From a virus (taxonomy: Duplodnaviria; Caudoviricetes): a DNA stretch of 50,965 bases. The stretch is taken from positions 1-50,965 of IMG/VR virus record IMGVR_UViG_3300027956_000012; one strand, 5' to 3'. The position numbers and the translations under genes are program-made. This document shows positions 27,057 to 34,972 of the stretch, one piece after another (within the stretch, counting starts at the first letter, position 1; each line of letters opens with the position of its first letter). The notes under the pieces were generated by a model. That model searched no databases. It saw nothing but the letters and a program-made list of their open reading frames with translations, and was not told the origin of the DNA.

Positions 27057-27100
27057 ACTGTTAACTATATTATTTAATCAAATATTGTGCAATTAACAGT
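27057..27100 (-). promoter_or_regulatory. Hairpin over the HNH translation-initiation region with an embedded late promoter
   Basis: ACTGTTAATTG...TAAATA...TAGTTAACAGT, then A-ATG. Confidence 0.65.
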
Positions 27101-27108
27101 AAAAAAAG

Positions 27109-27379
27109 CTCCGACTCTTGGGATCGAACCAAGGACCCGATGATTACTTACCACTATAACTTTCGTTACCCTTGCAGTTTGTGGTCTGGACTTTCTCATT
27201 ACCTTCAGCATTATCTGTTAAGGTACCAACCGTTAAGTCTCTACACGTTCCTCTTTTAAGGCTTCGCTCGGGATTAGCATTTTAAAGCGTTCCCCGAATT
27301 TGATTGGTTTTTCAAAAAGTATTTCTACTTTAAGCTGCCATTACAACAGTCATCTGCTCTGCCGCTGAGCTAAGTCGGA
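27109..27379 (-). tRNA. tRNA-Asn(GTT) interrupted by a group I intron
   Basis: Exons 27379-27346 and 27146-27109 join to GATGA-CTGTTAA-TCATC in a 72-nt cloverleaf. Confidence 0.9.
27147..27345 (-). mobile_element. 199-nt group I intron at anticodon position 35/36
   Basis: P1 CUGU/GCAG with U-G at the splice site; AAATTCGGGGAA, AATCCCGAG, GTAGAGACT, AAGTCC core; P3 ACCAATC/GGTTGGT; terminal G. Confidence 0.9.
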
Positions 27380-27393
27380 TTTGAAAATGAAAA

Positions 27394-27544
27394 TGTCCAT
27401 AGCGTTTCGGCCTACGACTCACTCAGGACTGGAGCTAGCTACTGACGACCGTAGCGGCCTTATTTGTAATACACTGACATTATCTTCAGCACGGAATTTC
27501 AAGCCTGTATGCAATATTGCACCTAACTCACCGAATGGTATCAC
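27394..27544 (-). ncRNA. Putative structured ncRNA A
   Basis: GC-richer non-coding block; CCATTCGG...CCGAA..TGG, GCTAC/GTAGC, TGCA/TGCA stems. Confidence 0.45.
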
Positions 27545-27599
27545 AAAAATGAAATATACTCACTACATATTATTTTAATCTCTTTGTTTGAGTTATCAA

Positions 27600-27926
27600 C
27601 TATAGTTTTTTAAAGCATGAATGCAAACTTACAATATCTACCAGGCAATCCATAGAGTCCATAAATTTACCTGATGGTAAAATACCGCCTAACATCTCAC
27701 GAGTATCTTTTTCTCTCATGTAAAAAGGTCTTACAGGACTTAAACACGTTTGATCCATCAAATAAACTATTTGCCCGTTTCTCAAATTATAATAATTACC
27801 CTCTGATAATACCAGACCTTCTGACGTTGTAATCTTTAGATTATAATCAGGATCCTTCTTTCTTTTATAATCTGTAGAATGTACAAAGACGTGATTATGG
27901 TAGTTTTCAAAAAAGTCTGACTTCAT
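27600..27926 (-). CDS. Hypothetical protein
   Basis: ORF with GGAAC promoter. Confidence 0.65.
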   Translation of the reverse strand: MKSDFFENYHNHVFVHSTDYKRKKDPDYNLKITTSEGLVLSEGNYYNLRNGQIVYLMDQTCLSPVRPFYMREKDTREMLGGILPSGKFMDSMDCLVDIVSLHSCFKKL

Positions 27927-27972
27927 ATTGTTATTATATTATTGTTATTATATCTTAGTTCCTAAAAGCTAA

Positions 27973-28138
27973 TCTATCGCCAAAGAAGTTCGTTCCGGGA
28001 TGGAATCGATATTGCATTGATCCTTCTTTGCTTTTCTACAAATACTGTCTCGCCGGAGGCTTGACCACGCAGAGCGTAGCTACACCATCTTCCAGTCCGT
28101 TTTCTCTGAATACTTCGGGTGATCAAAACCACGATAGA
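27973..28138 (-). ncRNA. Putative structured ncRNA B
   Basis: Closing stem TCTATCG/CGATAGA; internal CAAAGAAG/CTTCTTTG. Confidence 0.55.
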
Positions 28139-28146
28139 AAAATAAA

Positions 28147-28264
28147 TTGAAACATCATGTTTTCAGGTTGCCATCAGGTCGTTAGTCTGAACAACTGCTT
28201 TATCAAATGCAGTCCTCTACACTTAAGGGTATGACAAGACGTTAGTTGTATCATAATGTTTCAA
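28147..28264 (-). ncRNA. Putative structured ncRNA C (118 nt)
   Basis: 13-bp closing stem TTGAAACATTATG/CATGATGTTTCAA; ACTGC/GCAGT. Confidence 0.6.
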
Positions 28265-28266
28265 AA

Positions 28267-28419
28267 TGGATTTACGGCTCAGGTCGCTATATCGTGCAAT
28301 GTGTTCCTAACCGGATAACGCCTCGAAAGACCCGATTTCTATCAACTGCAGAACCTGCGTATTATGTTGACTACCTTGCACAAACGTCTTAGTGACGAAT
28401 ATCCCTCAATGACCGTAAA
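28267..28419 (-). ncRNA. Putative structured ncRNA D ending in CCA (153 nt)
   Basis: TTTACGG/CCGTAAA-T-CCA; internal GTGCAA/TTGCAC and GTCAAC/GTTGAT. Confidence 0.65.
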
Positions 28420-28421
28420 AA

Positions 28422-28496
28422 TGGTCGGACGTGTGGGTGTCGCACCCACCGCTTCTTGGTCCCAAACCAAGCGTCTCACTCCGAGACTAACGTCCG
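28422..28496 (-). tRNA. tRNA-Pro(TGG)
   Basis: Cloverleaf, loop TTTGGGA, CCA; T-loop TGCGACA. Confidence 0.9.
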
Positions 28497-28505
28497 TATA
28501 TAAAA

Positions 28506-28579
28506 TGGTGCGCCATGCGGGAGTCTAACCCACGCTAAGTACTTGGAAGGAACCCGTGCTAACGTAACACTTATGGCGC
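28506..28579 (-). tRNA. tRNA-Gly(TCC)
   Basis: Cloverleaf, loop CTTCCAA, CCA; U30-U40 mismatch; A73. Confidence 0.85.
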
Positions 28580-28585
28580 ATAAAT

Positions 28586-28648
28586 TGGTGATGCATGTTG
28601 GAGTCTCACCAACAAATCTTATTAAGATTCCGTTCGTAATGGTGCATC
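28586..28648 (-). ncRNA. 63-nt minimal tRNA-like RNA with no proper anticodon loop
   Basis: GATGCA/TGCATC-ACCA, T-arm GTTGG-TGAGACT-CCAAC, hairpin AATCTT-AAT-AAGATT. Confidence 0.65.
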
Positions 28649-28655
28649 ATTGAAA

Positions 28656-28733
28656 TGGTTGCGGCGGTGAGGATTCGAACCTGCATGCTTAACGCTATGA
28701 GCGTTACGTCTCCCTATCGACATTCACTCCGCG
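28656..28733 (-). tRNA. Atypical initiator-like tRNA(CAT)
   Basis: CGCGG...CCGCA-ACCA with C1-A72 mismatch; arm TAACG-CTCATAG-CGTTA lacks the three G-C pairs; bulged T-stem. Confidence 0.65.
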
Positions 28734-28740
28734 ATTGAAA

Positions 28741-28902
28741 TTGTACGGTGTTTTCTTTTACTTCAGATCACCGAAATTCTGAAGATTATCCACTTAATGG
28801 TAAGGCGTTGTCGCGTCTTCGATCTCTACCTGCATACACAGTTCAAGATTCTTGTTCGCTTACCGCACGGGGCATGAAGCCCCTTGTCCTACTAGCGGAC
28901 AA
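28741..28902 (-). ncRNA. Putative structured ncRNA E
   Basis: TTGTCC/GGACAA, GGGGC/GCCCC, GTGCGGT/ACCGTAC, GGTAAG/CTTACC, CTTCAGA/TCTGAAG. Confidence 0.55.
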
Positions 28903-28918
28903 AATATTTATTTTTTAT

Positions 28919-28984
28919 CTACTGTCATCGCACCTCTCTTCAGGTCCGAGCCGTTACAAACACGGTCGTTACGACTTTCAGTAG
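28919..28984 (-). ncRNA. Putative structured ncRNA F (66 nt, multibranch)
   Basis: CTACTG/CAGTAG closing; GTCG/CGAC, CCGT/ACGG, ACCT/AGGT. Confidence 0.45.
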
Positions 28985-29086
28985 CAGTCGTTAAGCTTTC
29001 TTCTCTCTCTATTATAATAACAGAGTTCCTTTATTCCAGAACCTTTGTTAGAAGTTTTTAACCTTTCAGTCATCCGCTTCGTCCTT

Positions 29087-29102
29087 ATTATAACGGTGTT
29101 CC
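29087..29102 (-). promoter_or_regulatory. GGAAC-N5-TATAAT promoter at the head of the tRNA/ncRNA cluster
   Basis: GGAAC ACCGT TATAAT; a second variant copy at ~29011-29029. Confidence 0.7.
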
Positions 29103-29107
29103 CTAAC

Positions 29108-29139
29108 AAAAAAGGACGAGCTTTTTACTGCTCGTCCTG
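29108..29139 (-). terminator. Intrinsic terminator
   Basis: AGGACGAGC-loop-GCTCGTCCT followed by a U-tract. Confidence 0.8.
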
Positions 29140-29310
29140 TCTTGGGGTATCATTAGTGAACGAGCTTATTTTAATACTAATGACCAGCATCTTATACCCG
29201 GAAGGTAAGATCTTGTAATTGTATTTTGTAAACTCGTATTCACTTGTACGATTATTTAGTCAGTGTGTTTGCTTTTTTATATAAAACTCATGATTGTCTT
29301 AAATAAATGT

Positions 29311-30741
29311 ATGAGTGTTAATAGTGATGTAAGAGAACAAATTAGTATACCTGAATCAGGTAAATTTGTAGAGATTACTGGTGATAGTAGATTTCCTGCT
29401 ATTAGTGTTCAAAGAACTTATCCTAATAATAGTGTCGAGACAGCAGAGTTTTCAAAGTATGCTGTATTAACTTATGACATTAACAGCCCTAGCGCTAATA
29501 CTAACGGTACACCTTTTGGTGATAATGCAGCCCTTGATGCTTTTGGTAAATTACGAGTCACTCATCCTAAGACTCTTTTTGATGCTAAACAACTAACTGA
29601 TAAACTACCTTACGTCTTTGATGAGATTATTAGTGGTGGAGGAGCTGCTAGTGTTTGGCAAAAGGGTGATAGCATGACAAAAATGACAACTAGTAACAGT
29701 GGAGAATATGTTATTAGACAAACATCAATGCATATGAATTACCAGCCCGGTAAGAGTATGTTAGGTTACTTTACTGGTGTATTCACACCTCAAGTTAATG
29801 TTACAAAGCGTATAGGTCTATTCCAAGGACTTTCATCAGCACCGTATACTCCTACAGATGGTATATTCATTGAATCAACTGATGGACCTTCTGGCTATGT
29901 TGCCTTTAAAGTATTAAAGACAGCTGGTATAACTTATTCTTTATCTGCTGCACAACCTGAATGGAATTTAGATAGGTTAGATGGTACAGGACCATCTAGA
30001 TTATCTATTAATTTAAGCTCTGCTCAGTTATTAGTTATAGATTACGAATGGTTGGGTGTAGGTAGAGTCCGCTGTGGCTTTAATATCGCTGGTAAGACAA
30101 TCTACGCTCATGAATTTACTCACACTAATGGATTATTAGCTCCGTATATGACATCTGGTAATCAACCAATTAGGTATGAAATAAGACAAACGGGTGTTGG
30201 TTCAGGATTCCTCAACCATATTTGTTCCTCTGTTATGTCAGAAGGTGGAGAAGAATATATTGGTGCATCATTAACTGCCGAGTTGACAGGCACTGCTGGT
30301 GTAGATTTAATTACTGCTAGCTATCGCCCACTTCTTGCAGTTAGATTAAATCCAAATTCACATGATTTAGCTGTAGTGTTGAAAAAAATACATGTGCTAA
30401 ACACTGGTAACAGTACTGCTATATTTAAAGTTATTATGAATCCAACAGTAACAGGAGGATCTTTAAACTTTGTCAATTTAGCTTCTAATAATAATGTGCA
30501 GTGTGCTCAGGGTAGTTCTTCGTTAGGACTATCAGGTGGATATGAATTATCTTCTGCATATGCTTTTAAAGGAAATTCAGCGAACGCAAGCGGTGCTGGT
30601 TCTGATGATTTATTAGGTGAACTTGCTGTATTAGGAACAAGAATAAATGGTACGCCTGATGTTTTTGTAATAGCAGCAAAAGGTGTAGAAGGTGCTACCG
30701 CAGGTGTATTTGCCTGTGTGGATATGATACTTAGAGGCTAA
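29311..30741 (+). CDS. Late, beta-rich probable virion protein
   Basis: TAAATA 5 nt before ATG; DAFGKLRV, YQPGK, DYEWLGVGRVR motifs seen in phage structural proteins. Confidence 0.7.
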   Translation: MSVNSDVREQISIPESGKFVEITGDSRFPAISVQRTYPNNSVETAEFSKYAVLTYDINSPSANTNGTPFGDNAALDAFGKLRVTHPKTLFDAKQLTDKLPYVFDEIISGGGAASVWQKGDSMTKMTTSNSGEYVIRQTSMHMNYQPGKSMLGYFTGVFTPQVNVTKRIGLFQGLSSAPYTPTDGIFIESTDGPSGYVAFKVLKTAGITYSLSAAQPEWNLDRLDGTGPSRLSINLSSAQLLVIDYEWLGVGRVRCGFNIAGKTIYAHEFTHTNGLLAPYMTSGNQPIRYEIRQTGVGSGFLNHICSSVMSEGGEEYIGASLTAELTGTAGVDLITASYRPLLAVRLNPNSHDLAVVLKKIHVLNTGNSTAIFKVIMNPTVTGGSLNFVNLASNNNVQCAQGSSSLGLSGGYELSSAYAFKGNSANASGAGSDDLLGELAVLGTRINGTPDVFVIAAKGVEGATAGVFACVDMILRG

Positions 30742-31059
30742 TTATTTCTTAATAAACTTAGTCGGATTTTTTGCAAAAGATTTGCCGATCTTCACAATTC
30801 CATCAATTATCTCCGGTGATACCACACCTATAATGCCATATGTCATTGCTTTTATTAAGCTTGATACATCAGTTTGCTCTAATATAAACCAAGCAATACC
30901 GCTAGCAATCGCAGCGGTTAGGATTTTTTTAATTTGTTCCTTTATAGAAAGATTAGTATCAGATGATATTAGACGTGCTAACATAGCAGCGGCACCCACC
31001 ACAGGTACAAGCCAACCACCACTTAAAAATTCTCGAATTAGTGATTTTTCTGGTTCCAT
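30742..31059 (-). CDS. Holin-like membrane protein
   Basis: Three hydrophobic segments, basic C-terminus, ATAAATA upstream. Confidence 0.6.
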   Translation of the reverse strand: MEPEKSLIREFLSGGWLVPVVGAAAMLARLISSDTNLSIKEQIKKILTAAIASGIAWFILEQTDVSSLIKAMTYGIIGVVSPEIIDGIVKIGKSFAKNPTKFIKK

Positions 31060-31068
31060 GTGTTACCA

Positions 31069-31521
31069 TTATTTATGGTAAATAATAAGTACTTTCATGT
31101 ATTTCGGCTTCGTTTTGGTTAGTTTTGTGAGTTTTTGATTAGAATTAAGATAAACATCAATAACTTCAGTTTTACCACGGGATGCTACCTTTTTTGTAAC
31201 AGCGGATCCCCTATCTTGTACAATAAAAGAGCTATCTCCCATTACATCAGCTAGTTCAGGAATTTCAATTCTAGTACCAAACTTAAGCTTTGGGTGTGCT
31301 GCGACTGTAATCCCTTCCTTAGCTCTTTTTGTCTTTTGACAGGCAACCTTGTTTCCATAAGGGCTCGTAGGAGTATAGTATGTTATACGAGCTGTTATCC
31401 ATTCACCTTTAGGTTCTATTGATTTTAATGTAGAAGAACAAGAGATACAAAAATATAATAAACTAAATCCTATATAACGCTTAAAGCAACTAGATAGCGG
31501 ATAGACGGATAGTTTATTCAT
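31069..31521 (-). CDS. 3D-domain (MltA-like) cell-wall hydrolase
   Basis: ARITYY...TVAA....FGTRIEI...VQDRGSAV...IDVYL; GGAAC promoter fixes the start. Confidence 0.75.
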   Translation of the reverse strand: MNKLSVYPLSSCFKRYIGFSLLYFCISCSSTLKSIEPKGEWITARITYYTPTSPYGNKVACQKTKRAKEGITVAAHPKLKFGTRIEIPELADVMGDSSFIVQDRGSAVTKKVASRGKTEVIDVYLNSNQKLTKLTKTKPKYMKVLIIYHK

Positions 31522-31544
31522 TTTTGTTATTATATAGGTGTTCC

Positions 31545-31772
31545 TTATGCGTATCGTTTTAGTATTACTTGGTAGATGTGAGTGCAATCTTCCAGCTTTT
31601 CCATATGTGTTCTATGCACAGTGTAGTAATGTCCAGTTTTGTCGTGTGCGATAGTCATTGCTTGTTCATCCAGCCACTCTCCCATACCATCAGACGGAGC
31701 ATCGATTCTTTGACACTCCGTTTCATAATGAAAGACGTGAGAGTACATTTGATCGCAGATACTCATTACCAA
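31545..31772 (-). CDS. Hypothetical protein
   Basis: Co-oriented packed ORF. Confidence 0.55.
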   Translation of the reverse strand: MVMSICDQMYSHVFHYETECQRIDAPSDGMGEWLDEQAMTIAHDKTGHYYTVHRTHMEKLEDCTHIYQVILKRYA

Positions 31773-32083
31773 ACTTCTCTACCTACAGGATCACACGACA
31801 CTTTGTTAATGTTTTGATCTTTCAACCATTGATACTGGTCCTTCTTAAAAGAATCAGTTATTTCTGTTTCTCTCTTATCTTCGTCATATTCTTGCCACGG
31901 TTCAAACAACTCTTTGACCGTGTCTTCGCTGAATGTTTGATGAATAAGGATTGTCTTAAAAGCATCAACCCAATCGTTAATATCTGCATCCCAATTAAGA
32001 GTTAATTGGAGCGATTTGTTGTGTGTAAAGCTTTCAACCTTTACGGTAATTTTATCTTCTTTGCTTGGTATCATATGTTTCAT
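31766..32083 (-). CDS. Hypothetical protein
   Basis: ATGA overlap. Confidence 0.7.
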   Translation of the reverse strand: MKHMIPSKEDKITVKVESFTHNKSLQLTLNWDADINDWVDAFKTILIHQTFSEDTVKELFEPWQEYDEDKRETEITDSFKKDQYQWLKDQNINKVSCDPVGREVW

Positions 32084-32484
32084 TGTAGTTTTTTTAATTC
32101 AGAAATCAATCTTTGTATTTGAGCTTTTGAACAATCTGGTCGTTTGACATATTCCAATACTGCGTCAACTGCAGTACCACAACTTAGCCCGCATAGCTTA
32201 TTTGCTGCCTGTGCAATTGTCTCTTTATAGTTTTCCTCTGCATGATTAATGCTTTGAATTTCAATCAAATGATCTACAAGGTCAGCAATCTTTTCATCGC
32301 TTAATAGCACCATATCAGAGTATGGGTTTCCTTTAAGGCAAGCCCAAGCTAATCGCAAGCGATTGCGCCAACCTCTGTTTTGAGGATCGTGTACAAACAA
32401 CGAAATTTCTGTACCGCAATGCATATCATATTCGACATACAATCCTTCGCTAATGTAGTCACATTTAAAAAATTTACCTTTCAT
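32080..32484 (-). CDS. Hypothetical protein
   Basis: 134-aa packed ORF. Confidence 0.7.
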   Translation of the reverse strand: MKGKFFKCDYISEGLYVEYDMHCGTEISLFVHDPQNRGWRNRLRLAWACLKGNPYSDMVLLSDEKIADLVDHLIEIQSINHAEENYKETIAQAANKLCGLSCGTAVDAVLEYVKRPDCSKAQIQRLISELKKLQ

Positions 32485-32488
32485 GTTT

Positions 32489-32902
32489 TTATTTTTCTAA
32501 GAGTTCGTTGTTCTCAAAAATGTTGCCGATGATTTCATAATAATTAGCGCTATCTTGATCTGCAAACTCATCACCAAACCTGAAAGAACCGTCTTTAAAA
32601 GATGCTGAGAACACTGCGTTGCCAAATTTACCACCCAACGATTCATCGTATGATGGTCGAAAAATTAAGATGTCGCCTTCATAAATGTCAACGCCATTCT
32701 TATCTTTTAAGCCAGTATATTGTTGAATAATACATCCTTTACCGTCTTCTCCAAATTCACCTTTAAGCATTTTAGATAAAATTGCCTGCCACTCTCCCAT
32801 TAACATTAATTCTCCAATCATAGAGAATCCGCCACACTCTTTGTAACCAAGAAGCCACTCTTTGTTGATATTGTCATATGCTCTAAATTTTAGTTCTCTC
32901 AT
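32489..32902 (-). CDS. YopX-family protein
   Basis: RELKFRAYD...QYTGLKDKNGVDIYEGDIL...EIIGNIFEN. Confidence 0.9.
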   Translation of the reverse strand: MRELKFRAYDNINKEWLLGYKECGGFSMIGELMLMGEWQAILSKMLKGEFGEDGKGCIIQQYTGLKDKNGVDIYEGDILIFRPSYDESLGGKFGNAVFSASFKDGSFRFGDEFADQDSANYYEIIGNIFENNELLEK

Positions 32903-33297
32903 GATTCTAACTGTTCACTATTTTCAAAAATATTGCCAATCACTTCACGATCCATAGGAATGTAAGCAAATCCGGCGCATTGTGAATCTCCTAATTCTAC
33001 TGTATCGTATTTTACAGTTCCATTGTAATAGAATCCTACCGTGTCGTCTAACCAATCGTCAAATCCTTTGCATTTTAGAATATCGCCTTCATAAATGTCA
33101 ACACCATTCTTATCTTTTAGACCAGTATATTGTTGTACGACGCATTCCTTACCACCAGATCCATTTAAAAGATTGTGAAATTCACCTTTCAATGAAAGAA
33201 CATAATGTCCTTGGTATCCTTCATCGTATTTGATGAATCGTTCTTGTAGTTTGTCCCATACTCTAAATTTTAGTGCTCGTTCCATATTATTGTTCAA
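32899..33297 (-). CDS. YopX-family protein
   Basis: LKFRVWD...QYTGLKDKNGVDIYEGDIL...EVIGNIFEN. Confidence 0.9.
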   Translation of the reverse strand: MNNNMERALKFRVWDKLQERFIKYDEGYQGHYVLSLKGEFHNLLNGSGGKECVVQQYTGLKDKNGVDIYEGDILKCKGFDDWLDDTVGFYYNGTVKYDTVELGDSQCAGFAYIPMDREVIGNIFENSEQLES

Positions 33298-33469
33298 TAG
33301 TCAGTTTATATTTTCTTGGGTTTTGCACAACAGAAAACTCAGACCAACCTTCTGCTAAATGCCCTTTAACTGCTCTTTCAATATAAAAATCAGTTTCGTC
33401 AAACCAAAGATCGTGCAGTTTTCCGTATTGATCACGACCTTCGATGATTGTATAGTCTTCCTCTTCCAT
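33287..33469 (-). CDS. Hypothetical protein
   Basis: Packed ORF. Confidence 0.6.
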   Translation of the reverse strand: MEEEDYTIIEGRDQYGKLHDLWFDETDFYIERAVKGHLAEGWSEFSVVQNPRKYKLTIEQ

Positions 33470-33651
33470 ATTATTGTTCTACGGTATGATATTTTACTTG
33501 TTTTGTTTGTAAGCTTCTAATACGGCGTTCCGCTTCATCTTTGCTTGAACATTGTGCATAAGTCGACCATGTGCAAAGCCATTCATATTCAATATTAAAT
33601 ATGCTTTTATCATTACCATCAATCGTTTCTTTTATTCTGTATTTCACGACT

Positions 33652-34044
33652 TTATTTCAATAGTGCTTCTACAATTTTTTCTGCATTCTCTTGCATTGAT
33701 GGATATTGAAGAGAAGAAAACTCATCGCCGTGTTTAGCAATAAACTCTTTCCAATCGGCTAGTGCCTCTGGACTGATCGGAATTTTAGCTGGTTTTGCCT
33801 CACTCGCTTCACGAATGATTTGCAACAGCTCATCCTCCTTGTCTTTGGCAGCGGCGGAGATTTCTGCTTTTGATGGATACACTGCCTGGCGAATAGATGT
33901 ACTGCCAGGAGCTACCTTTACCAACCACCAGCCTTCACGCAATCCGTCTAGTGCATAAGGATCGGTTTCAGGGACATATTTGCGACCGACTTTTCTGTAT
34001 AGTTGTTGATTCATTTTATCGTATATTCTCATTGCTGCTTTCAT
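33652..34044 (-). CDS. Hypothetical protein
   Basis: GGAAC-N5-TATAAT at 34051-34066. Confidence 0.75.
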   Translation of the reverse strand: MKAAMRIYDKMNQQLYRKVGRKYVPETDPYALDGLREGWWLVKVAPGSTSIRQAVYPSKAEISAAAKDKEDELLQIIREASEAKPAKIPISPEALADWKEFIAKHGDEFSSLQYPSMQENAEKIVEALLK

Positions 34045-34067
34045 AAACTTATTATATTAGAGTTCCT

Positions 34068-34754
34068 TTAAGCTTTTCTGTGTTCCTTGATTTCTTCAAT
34101 ATCTAAGATTGTCGCATAGCAATCATTAAAGTCAACCCAATGACTTGCATGAAAATGACCGTGATATGATTTTGATGGACTACAAAGTTTGAACAATTCT
34201 GCGATCTCTATTCGTTCTTTGTAGCAAAGATCCCAAAGACCAATATCTCTATCACACCAACTGCTTATTGATTCTTTGTCAAATGGGCCGATCCAGTGTG
34301 GAGCAGAGTGTGTAATAAGCACATCACACTTTTCAACCAATTCAGGCTTTAATACAAAAATCTCATCTGCCCAATATGAAATTCCTTCCTTACGCCAACG
34401 ACGATCAACACTCACAGCGCCACCGACAAATAGAAACTTTTCATCGTTTATGACCATTGTATGATAATCAGGAAGCAATTTAAAGTTCGACAAATCAATT
34501 CTTTTCGGTCCATTATAATAATCAGGTTCATCATGATTGCCTCTAATGCTTAAAAACAATATATCACGTTCAGCAAAAAATGTGTTTAAACCATCACAAG
34601 CACTACGTTCACCTTTCTCACTATAACTAAACCCAATACCAAGATCACCTACACAAATAAGTGTGCAGTCTTTTAAATCATGATCTTTGATCTTTTGTTT
34701 AAGACGACCAAAAGCACCATGAATATCGCCGATGATGTATGTAGGTTTATTCAT
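34068..34754 (-). CDS. Calcineurin-like metallophosphoesterase
   Basis: GDIHG, VGDLG, GNHD, THSAP, GHFH. Confidence 0.9.
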   Translation of the reverse strand: MNKPTYIIGDIHGAFGRLKQKIKDHDLKDCTLICVGDLGIGFSYSEKGERSACDGLNTFFAERDILFLSIRGNHDEPDYYNGPKRIDLSNFKLLPDYHTMVINDEKFLFVGGAVSVDRRWRKEGISYWADEIFVLKPELVEKCDVLITHSAPHWIGPFDKESISSWCDRDIGLWDLCYKERIEIAELFKLCSPSKSYHGHFHASHWVDFNDCYATILDIEEIKEHRKA

Positions 34755-34966
34755 TGTATGTTGTGTATTTTTAATGGTGTATTTCTTACTTCTTTATATT
34801 TCTCCAATACGTTTTCTGCTTCATCAAGAGAGTAATGCCATCTACAACCCAGTCCGTCTAGAGCCATCCAAAAAGGCCAATACTTATATTTTTTCTGAAC
34901 TTTAAAGATTGAGTTGGGTTGAGAGTTACCTAAATCCACTAGTATTTCTACGATTCGATATTGCAT
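34751..34966 (-). CDS. Hypothetical protein
   Basis: ATGA overlap. Confidence 0.65.
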   Translation of the reverse strand: MQYRIVEILVDLGNSQPNSIFKVQKKYKYWPFWMALDGLGCRWHYSLDEAENVLEKYKEVRNTPLKIHNIQ

Positions 34967-34972
34967 ATTTTA

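Noticed and set aside
27394-27432. Hammerhead ribozyme (CTGAGTGA...GAAA)
   Set aside because: Extra core nucleotide, weak stem II and no stem III
28919-28984. Type II hammerhead ribozyme
   Set aside because: GAAA and a possible stem III are present, but the core reads GCGATGA rather than CUGAnGA and the 10.1-11.1 pair is missing
27381-29061. Plus-strand ORFs 27381..27578, 28748..28984, 28852..29061
   Set aside because: Antisense to the RNA cluster, no promoter, atypical composition
32489-33297. Tandem YopX duplication as a novel system
   Set aside because: Common phage family; nothing beyond a simple duplication is visible
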